Shown here: positions 32,992 to 39,860 of the stretch, piece after piece
How positions within the stretch are numbered: position 1 is the stretch's first letter
How the letters are laid out: each line of letters begins with the position of its first letter
Assembly (NCBI GenBank): GCA_026395295.1
Contig: JAPLYZ010000012.1
Location: 1,299 to 65,298, forward strand
Reading direction: 5' to 3'
DNA: 64,000 nucleotides
Origin: Candidatus Staskawiczbacteria bacterium
GTDB lineage: Bacteria; Patescibacteriota; Minisyncoccia; Minisyncoccales; Staskawiczbacteraceae
Translations under genes and position numbers: made by a program
The notes under the pieces: model-generated
The model's input: only the letters and a program-made list of their open reading frames with translations
Database searches by the model: none
What the model was told of the DNA's origin: nothing

Positions 32992-34098
32992 ATGAAAAAC
33001 CTTGATTTTCCAGTTTTCAAAACTAAGTCAGATGAGTATAAGAAGTTCGATTTAACTGACGCCAAAAGCAGGCAGGATTATTTTGAATACAAAGCCGGTC
33101 CGGAAATAAAAAAAATGCGCGAGTATTTAAAAAAAAATACTTTTATAGCCTACTTTATGGGCAAAAAGTCTTCGGGTAAGGGCACGTACGCTAAAATGTT
33201 TGCCGAAGTAATAGATAAAGACAGAATTGCTCATTTTTCTATTGGAGACATGATAAGGTCTTTTGACGAAGTTATACAAGATCCGGCAAGAAGAGGAGAA
33301 ATGGTAAAATTTTTGGAAAAAAATTACCGAGGCAGAATGCCCCTAGAAGACATAATGAAGTCATGGGACAACAGGTCAACAAAAACATTGTTGCCAACAG
33401 AATTGATTCTGGCTTTGGCAAAAAGGGAAATTTCAAAGCTTGGCAAAAAGGCAATTTTTTTGGATGGATTCCCAAGAGACATAGACCAGGTTTCTTATTC
33501 TTTATTTTTCCGCGACCTAATTGATTACCGAGATGACCCCGACGTTTTTATTCTAATAGACGTGCCAACAAATGTAATTGACGAAAGGGTGAAATTTAGG
33601 GTTATTTGTCCGCTTTGCCAAACATCAAGAAACGTGAAACTTTTGGCGACAAAAAAAGTGGAGTATGACCCTTCGGCGGGCTCAGGGCAAGCAAAATTCC
33701 ATTTGATTTGCGACAACGCCAACTGCCCCGCCTCCGCCAAGGCTTCGGCGGGCAAGCCCGGAGCAAGGATGACCACAAAAGAGGGCGACGAGCAGGGGAT
33801 TGAGCCAATTAGGGCAAGGTTGGAAAAAGACGAGATGCTTATTAAAGAGGCTTATAATTTAAAAGGAATCCCAAAAGTGCTTTTAAGAAACTCAATTCCG
33901 TCTAAACAGACAAAAGATTTTACAGATGATTACGAAATTACTCCCGAATATGTTTACGAGGTAAAAGACGGCAAAGTTATTACAACTGAAAGACCGTGGG
34001 AGGTTAAAGACGACGAAGGAACTTTATCTAACAGCTTGATGCCGCCTCCGGTTGTGGTTTCTCTTATAAAACAGTTAGTTAAAGTTTTGGGCATTTAG
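32992..34098 (+). CDS. adenylate/nucleoside-monophosphate kinase family protein with zinc LID and N- and C-terminal extensions
   Basis: P-loop GKKSSGKGT, GFPRD, and a LID CPLC...CDNANC. Two GC-rich repeats in frame in the LID. Confidence 0.6.
   Translation: MKNLDFPVFKTKSDEYKKFDLTDAKSRQDYFEYKAGPEIKKMREYLKKNTFIAYFMGKKSSGKGTYAKMFAEVIDKDRIAHFSIGDMIRSFDEVIQDPARRGEMVKFLEKNYRGRMPLEDIMKSWDNRSTKTLLPTELILALAKREISKLGKKAIFLDGFPRDIDQVSYSLFFRDLIDYRDDPDVFILIDVPTNVIDERVKFRVICPLCQTSRNVKLLATKKVEYDPSAGSGQAKFHLICDNANCPASAKASAGKPGARMTTKEGDEQGIEPIRARLEKDEMLIKEAYNLKGIPKVLLRNSIPSKQTKDFTDDYEITPEYVYEVKDGKVITTERPWEVKDDEGTLSNSLMPPPVVVSLIKQLVKVLGI
33667..33761. repeat. two GC-rich repeat units (cttcggcgggc...aagc type) in frame in the kinase LID
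   Basis: gacccttcggcgggctcagggcaagc (DPSAGSGQA) and ccccgcctccgccaaggcttcggcgggcaagcccgg (PASAKASAGKPG). Confidence 0.7.
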
Positions 34099-34101
34099 TG
34101 A

Positions 34102-34141
34102 GCATCAAAAAACGACAACCTTGGTTGTTGTTTTTTGATGC
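34102..34141 (+). terminator. long hairpin (19-bp arms, one mismatch) after the kinase gene
   Basis: gcatcaaaaaacgacaacc-tt-ggttgttgttttttgatgc. Confidence 0.55.
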
Positions 34142-34224
34142 ATGTTAGACTCGCTGTGGATTAGTGCTATTGTTTTCTTTTTTTACTTATTATAAAATTA
34201 AGTAAAATTATTAAAAATAATAAT

Positions 34225-36372
34225 ATGCAAAAAGAACCTCTTGTTCTCAGAATTTGTGATTTTGTCACAAAATATAGCGTTTACGCGTTAGTTTTTTTAA
34301 CACCGCTTTTTTTCCTGCCCCAAACTGCGGAGGTTTTAGATTTTAATAAGCAAGCGTTGCTGGTTTTGCTTGTTTTTATTTCTGTTTTCGCTTTGCTGTT
34401 AAAAACTCTAATCTCGGGAAAATTTGAAATAAATAAAAGTTTTTTCCACGTAATTGCCGGAGTTTTGTTTTTAGCATATCTTCTATCAACAATTTTCTCT
34501 GTATACAGATATGGAAGTTTTTGGGGTCAGCCTCAGCAAATTTCCGAGAGCGCGCTTACAGTAATTTGCCTGTTATTGTTCTATTTTGTGTTCAGCAACT
34601 TTTTTTCCAAAAAAGATATTTTAATATCGGCGATAGTCCTTTCTTTATCGGCTGTAATAGCGGAATTAGTAGGTGTCTTTCAGATTTTTGGCTTGTTTAT
34701 TCTGCCATTTGATTTTGCTAAGTCCTCGGCTTTTAACACGCTGGGTTCTTTCGGCGGTTTGGGGTTCTTTGTCGCCATACTTTTTCCGCTGGCAATGATG
34801 CTTTTGATTATTGTCAAAAAATGGTGGAGGTTTTTCTTTGCCCTGCAAATAGTTCTTTCCGCCTTGCTTTTAATTTTAATAAACTATCCAATAATTTGGT
34901 GGGTTGCTATAATTGGTTCGGCCCTAATTTTGCTGCTGGGTATAATAAAAAACGATCTCTTCGACGGAAGATGGCAGGCGCTTCCGATGTTTTTTTTGGT
35001 GGTGTCTTTGTTTTTTGTGATTTTCAACCCGCAAATAAATTGGCTTCCTCATCCGCAATCAGAAATTCTTCTTTCACAAAAATCTGGTTTAGACATAGCA
35101 ACCCGGGCGCTTAAAGCCAATCCCATTTTGGGCTCGGGCCCCGGGACTTTCGCCTACGACTTCTCAAAATTCAAAAATCCAGACTTTAGTAAGACTTCTT
35201 TATGGAATACGGCTTTTGGCAAATCTTCTTCAAAAGTTTTGAATAGCGCGGCAACAACCGGAGCGCTTGGATTTTTGGCTCTGCTGGCGTTTATGATTTT
35301 CCCAATTTTTTACGGAATTAAATTTTTCATAAGACGGGAAGAAAATAACAACGGTCCCGAGGCTGAAAAATCGCCGAGCCAAATTTATTCTATTTTGTTG
35401 ATTGGTTTGTCGGTTGCGCTGATTCAACAAATTATTGCTTGCTTTGTCTACAATTCAAACATTGTTTTGGATTTTGTTTTCTTTTTTATAATTGCCGCGT
35501 CAATGGGGCTTGTTTCCGAGCGCAAGCAAAAATATGTTTTAAAACAGTCTTCGGCAATTACACTGGGGGTTACTTTTGTTTTTACATTATTTTTTATCTT
35601 TGGAATTGGGCTTTTATTTTTAGGCGGGCAAAGATATGTTGCTGAAGCAAGTTATTACAAGGGGCTGGTTGCTTATCAGGCAGGTAAAAATGCCGACGGT
35701 TTGAAAAAATTAGAAACCGCTGTAAGTTTAAACTCAAAATCGGACTTATATTTTAGGCAGTTGTCGCAGGCGTATCTTATAAACTTACAGCAAGAATTGC
35801 AAAATGCAGGGTCTGCTTCAATCAGCGACCAGCAAAAAACAAAAATTCAAACTCTTGTGTCAAACTCCATTAATGCCGCTAAAATTGCAACAGACATAAA
35901 TCCAAACGACGTTAATAACTGGTCTTCGCGAGGATATGTTTACCAAAGTTTGTCTAATTTGCTAAGCGATGCCGAAACATGGGCAATAAGTTCTTACGAC
36001 TCGGCGTTAAAATTAGACCCAAGCAATCCTTATTTATTTTTCCAGGAGGGGAGCGTTTACCTGGCAGGCGTAAGCGCGCAAGGAATTTCGGCTGACCAAA
36101 AAAGTCAACTGCTGTTGAAGGCTCAAAAACAACTGGAAAAAGCTGTTGCGTTAACCCCAAGCTATTCCAATGCCCTGTATTCTCTGGGCATTGTTTACGA
36201 TTTGCTGGGGCAGAACGGCAAGGCCATAGATGCTTTTACAAAATTACAACAGTTAAATCCTGCAAACACAGACATTCCTAAAATTTTGGCTAATTTGAAA
36301 GCCGGCAAGTCAATTTTTCAAACCGCCACTCCTCCGGCGGAAACTCCCAGCGGCGCAGTCAATAAAAAGTAA
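34225..36372 (+). CDS. O-antigen ligase-like polytopic membrane protein with C-terminal TPR repeats
   Basis: More than 10 TM helices with a Wzy_C-like loop, then TPR-like repeats (YYKGLVAYQAGK..., ALKLDPSNPY..., AVALTPSYSNALYSLGIVY). Confidence 0.65.
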   Translation: MQKEPLVLRICDFVTKYSVYALVFLTPLFFLPQTAEVLDFNKQALLVLLVFISVFALLLKTLISGKFEINKSFFHVIAGVLFLAYLLSTIFSVYRYGSFWGQPQQISESALTVICLLLFYFVFSNFFSKKDILISAIVLSLSAVIAELVGVFQIFGLFILPFDFAKSSAFNTLGSFGGLGFFVAILFPLAMMLLIIVKKWWRFFFALQIVLSALLLILINYPIIWWVAIIGSALILLLGIIKNDLFDGRWQALPMFFLVVSLFFVIFNPQINWLPHPQSEILLSQKSGLDIATRALKANPILGSGPGTFAYDFSKFKNPDFSKTSLWNTAFGKSSSKVLNSAATTGALGFLALLAFMIFPIFYGIKFFIRREENNNGPEAEKSPSQIYSILLIGLSVALIQQIIACFVYNSNIVLDFVFFFIIAASMGLVSERKQKYVLKQSSAITLGVTFVFTLFFIFGIGLLFLGGQRYVAEASYYKGLVAYQAGKNADGLKKLETAVSLNSKSDLYFRQLSQAYLINLQQELQNAGSASISDQQKTKIQTLVSNSINAAKIATDINPNDVNNWSSRGYVYQSLSNLLSDAETWAISSYDSALKLDPSNPYLFFQEGSVYLAGVSAQGISADQKSQLLLKAQKQLEKAVALTPSYSNALYSLGIVYDLLGQNGKAIDAFTKLQQLNPANTDIPKILANLKAGKSIFQTATPPAETPSGAVNKK

Positions 36373-36553
36373 GCGAGCTACTTTATAATTCCCAATATCT
36401 AATATCCAATTACTAATAAAATGCCTAATTCTCAAATTCCAAAAAGCGTGGAGAGAAGCCAACGAACTACTCCAAAACGCACAATAACAAAGAAAAAGAT
36501 TTAGACATCATCTATATTCCTTTACAATCCTTTATATTCCTCTAACGTTACCC

Positions 36554-37393
36554 ATGGATACCAAAACTTTTTTACAGAACTTTGCTTTTGAAAATCCAAA
36601 TTGGCAAAACCTGCCTGACGACTGGCCAAATCCAAACACAACAAAATTGAGCTCTTCAGAAATCGGAAAACTACAAGCCGTTAAAACTTTATGGGAAAAT
36701 TTGAAACCGGAAAAAACAGAGCAAGTATCAAGGGTTTGGACAGACCCGGAAGGTTATAAATTTTTGGTCCAGTGGAGCAATGCAGTTTTGTTGAGATATT
36801 TGATAAGAAAAATTACCGATACTTTGCCAATTTTAAGTTATAGAGGAAATTACAGGAATATAAAGGACGCTAATAAATGTCCTCTAAATTCCTCTAATCC
36901 TCCTTTATCGCCATCCTCCAGTCGTCCGTCTGAACATCGGCGCAAGGCTCAGCTAGACGACGCGGCAAGAAGCGTTGTCAGAAATATTGAAGAAGGATAC
37001 AAAAGAGCAACCACAAAACAATATCTTGATTTTTTAAGCTATACCCAGGCTAGCTTGGAAGAAGTGAAGGGCGATGTTGTGGAATTGGCGCAAGATGGTT
37101 TTTTGAAATCGCGAGCAGGTTCTTTATTGTGCGACATAGAGATTGATTTGGCAGATTTTCACAACAGTCTAAAACAAATCAAAGGATTTTACAGGAATTT
37201 AGAGGATGTTTATCCTGTTTTAGCAAAAATTAAAGGCAGTGATTTAACGGTTGAGCAATTTATAGAGTTGATAAATAAAACAGATTTCCTTTTAAGAAAG
37301 TTAGTTGAGTCGTTAGAGAAAAAACAAGGTCAAAATTTAAAATTTTATCAGGTTGAACGGGCCAGGATTCAAGACGCAATCAAAAAACGATAA
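36554..37393 (+). CDS. four-helix-bundle (23S rRNA IVS-type) protein with N-terminal extension
   Basis: The core RKAQLDDAARSVVRNIEEGYKR.TTKQYLDFLSYTQASLEEV matches the TIGR02436-type pattern (RRA..S...NIaEG....s..e...fl..a.gSl.E). tccttta-word repeats lie inside and around the gene. Confidence 0.6.
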   Translation: MDTKTFLQNFAFENPNWQNLPDDWPNPNTTKLSSSEIGKLQAVKTLWENLKPEKTEQVSRVWTDPEGYKFLVQWSNAVLLRYLIRKITDTLPILSYRGNYRNIKDANKCPLNSSNPPLSPSSSRPSEHRRKAQLDDAARSVVRNIEEGYKRATTKQYLDFLSYTQASLEEVKGDVVELAQDGFLKSRAGSLLCDIEIDLADFHNSLKQIKGFYRNLEDVYPVLAKIKGSDLTVEQFIELINKTDFLLRKLVESLEKKQGQNLKFYQVERARIQDAIKKR

Positions 37394-37480
37394 AGGAACG
37401 TAAAGGATTTTAAAGGACAATAAAGGAAGAAAATTTAAATTCCTTTAACTTCCCTCTAGATTCCTTTATAATCCTTTAGC
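37394..37480. repeat. AT-rich 'taaagga / tccttta' word hairpin
   Basis: taaaggaacgtaaaggattttaaaggacaataaaggaag...ttcctttaacttccctctagattcctttataatccttta. Four words per arm in inverted orientation. Confidence 0.7.
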
Positions 37481-37526
37481 CAAACCAAGTAGATGAGTTT
37501 TTTGGACGTTGATACGCCCAAGAAAC

Positions 37527-37568
37527 TTATCCACAGTGTTGACACGTATTTTTCATGCTATAATAAAT
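37527..37568 (+). promoter_or_regulatory. candidate promoter of the surface locus with TTATCCACA motif
   Basis: TTATCCACA at 37527-37535 and TTGACA at 37539-37544. The -10 is either TATAAT at 37559 (14-nt spacer, short) or ATAAAT at 37563 (18-nt spacer). Confidence 0.35.
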
Positions 37569-37576
37569 AAAAATAT

Positions 37577-37759
37577 ATGTTTGTGATAAAATGCGATTTT
37601 TGCAAAAAGGAAGTTAAAGGAGATACTGTAATTGCAGGCAGGGGAGTTTTCGCGGCGCTAAAAGTAGAATTATGCGAGGAGTGTGGCGAGCCAATTTTGA
37701 AATTTTTACAGAGGAATAAAATTATTGATAAGAACAATAAAGAAATAAAAAAATTATAA
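37577..37759 (+). CDS. small zinc-ribbon protein
   Basis: 60 aa with CDFC...x26...CEEC. Confidence 0.5.
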   Translation: MFVIKCDFCKKEVKGDTVIAGRGVFAALKVELCEECGEPILKFLQRNKIIDKNNKEIKKL

Positions 37760-37764
37760 AAAGC

Positions 37765-37977
37765 ATGGAAAACAATAAAAAAATTACAATTGAAGAACTA
37801 GCGAAAATGATAAAAGCAGGTTTTGACGGCGTTGATAAAAAACTTGAGCAAGTTGCAACAAAAGATCAGTTTGATAATTTAGAGAGGAGGATGATTGTGG
37901 TTGAAGGAAAATTAACCTCAATCGATGAAAGATTAGAGAGAGTCGAAACAGTCTTAACTGACGCGCACGTTTTGTAA
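37765..37977 (+). CDS. small coiled-coil protein
   Basis: 70 aa with heptad-like LERRMIVVEGKLTSIDERLERVETVL. Confidence 0.45.
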   Translation: MENNKKITIEELAKMIKAGFDGVDKKLEQVATKDQFDNLERRMIVVEGKLTSIDERLERVETVLTDAHVL

Positions 37978-38018
37978 AAATTAGAATAATTAGGTTAATT
38001 AGAAAAATTTAATTTATA

Positions 38019-39860
38019 ATGGCAGAGAGAATCCCAATTAGAATTATTAAACAAAACCCAAAACGCAGAAGGCCTGCGATAAGTTTGTTTGCATCAATTT
38101 TGTCAGGCTTGGTTGTTGGCGGATTGTTTTCTGCCACCCTTTACGCTTTTGCCACTTATGGAGTTGACGCGCCATACCCGCTTGGAAACACTTTGAATCC
38201 TGACTGTGTGCCAGGAACAGCCAACTGCACCGTGGTTTCGCCGGCATATTTTTCTTATGGCTCAAATAATTTCTCGGGAGCAGGAGATTTCACCACCACA
38301 GGAACAGTCATGGCTGGAGGATTGACGATAACTGGCGCTGTTTCTCTACCGAACAACTCCATCACCAACGCGATGACTAACGCCACGAACGCCAACACCG
38401 CTTCCGCCATTGTCGCCCGAGACGCTTCCGGCAATTTCTCGGCTGGAACAATCACCGCCTCGCTCACCGGACATTCTTCGTTAGATTTGCCGCTTACCGG
38501 TGGAACTCTCACCGGCGTCTTGACCGCCACAAGTCCGGTTTTCACCACTCCAGCTCTTGGCACTCCGTCTGCTCTGGTCTTAACCAACGCTACGGGTCTT
38601 CCAGCTGCAAGTATTTTGGCCGGCAGTTTTGGCACTGGAGCTTATGTGATGGATACGTCGCTTTTAGTGCCTGCAATAAATGGCAGTTCATCGGCGAATG
38701 GTGTCTTGACTTTGCAAGGAACAACAAATGCGACGCGAACCACGAGTTATCTTAACTTGCAACCAAACGGAGGCAATGTAGGGATTGGGACGGCGACGCC
38801 AAGTGAGAAATTGCATATAGATTCTAATACCGCAAATACTGCTGTGGTAGAATATATACGTAATCTAAGCAATACTTCGGGAAGTAATGCTGCTTTATGG
38901 CTTCAAACGGCTGGTACGAGTGGAGGCGACCCGCGTATTGTTTATACGGTTGTAAATGCGACAGATTGGTGGTCGGGAGTGAATAATGCAAGCAGTCAGA
39001 AATATCAGATTTCTAACGGAAATTGGGCAACCGCTTCAAATGTGAAGTTGTCAATTTCGACAGACGGCTCTGTCGGCATTGGAATCACCGCGCCGACTTC
39101 TCTCTTGCACACAGTAAGTTCAGCCGCAAAGACCACTGCTTACACAGGCATACTTCACAGCGTGACAGATACTTCAAGCACCGCTTCCATCAACAAGATA
39201 GGCATGGACATTGAAAGCACAGGAACATGGAATGGAACTTCCGCCGTAAACACCGGACTGGTAGTCAACGCCACAGGTGGCACAACCAACTACGCGGCGA
39301 CATTCAGCGGAGGGAATGTGGGGATTGGGACGGCGACGCCAGGACAGAAACTTGATGTACAAGGAGCAATCGCGACTACACCAACATTGAGAGTTATGGG
39401 GAACGACACTGCTTCTTATGGATTATTCCAAGCTGGAACTAGTGTTGGTGATGCTGGGAGCGTAGGGGCAAGAATGGTTTTAGGTGATGTTGGAACAGGG
39501 GGAAAACGATGGGATATTGGAAGCGGTGAACGAGTCGCAGGAGCATTAAGTTTTTACAACGCTACTGATAATAGGGATGTGGTCACAATGCTAAGCAATG
39601 GCGCCGTCGGTATCGGCACCACAGCCCCTCTCAAGACTCTCGATGTCGCAGGAGGCGGAAGGTTCACAGGAAAAACTTCTTCCACTTTGACAGGCACAGC
39701 CGACCCTACAGCCAGCGTAACGCTTGTGGGCTCGGGAACATTGTTTACAACAGAATTAGTAGTTGGAGACAGAATCACTATCAACGCTGAAACAAGAACT
39801 GTTACCGCTATCGCTTCCGACACAAGCTTAACCGTGGATACCGCTTTCACGTCGGTATGA
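38019..39860 (+). CDS. membrane-anchored tail-fibre-like surface protein, part 1
   Basis: N-terminal basic stretch plus TM (RRRPAISLFASILSGLVVGGLFSATLYAF), a fibre-type segment SAIVARDASGNFSAGTITASLTG, and four G(N/S/A)VGIG(T/I)xxP modules. About 53% GC in a sampled line. Confidence 0.7.
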   Translation: MAERIPIRIIKQNPKRRRPAISLFASILSGLVVGGLFSATLYAFATYGVDAPYPLGNTLNPDCVPGTANCTVVSPAYFSYGSNNFSGAGDFTTTGTVMAGGLTITGAVSLPNNSITNAMTNATNANTASAIVARDASGNFSAGTITASLTGHSSLDLPLTGGTLTGVLTATSPVFTTPALGTPSALVLTNATGLPAASILAGSFGTGAYVMDTSLLVPAINGSSSANGVLTLQGTTNATRTTSYLNLQPNGGNVGIGTATPSEKLHIDSNTANTAVVEYIRNLSNTSGSNAALWLQTAGTSGGDPRIVYTVVNATDWWSGVNNASSQKYQISNGNWATASNVKLSISTDGSVGIGITAPTSLLHTVSSAAKTTAYTGILHSVTDTSSTASINKIGMDIESTGTWNGTSAVNTGLVVNATGGTTNYAATFSGGNVGIGTATPGQKLDVQGAIATTPTLRVMGNDTASYGLFQAGTSVGDAGSVGARMVLGDVGTGGKRWDIGSGERVAGALSFYNATDNRDVVTMLSNGAVGIGTTAPLKTLDVAGGGRFTGKTSSTLTGTADPTASVTLVGSGTLFTTELVVGDRITINAETRTVTAIASDTSLTVDTAFTSV

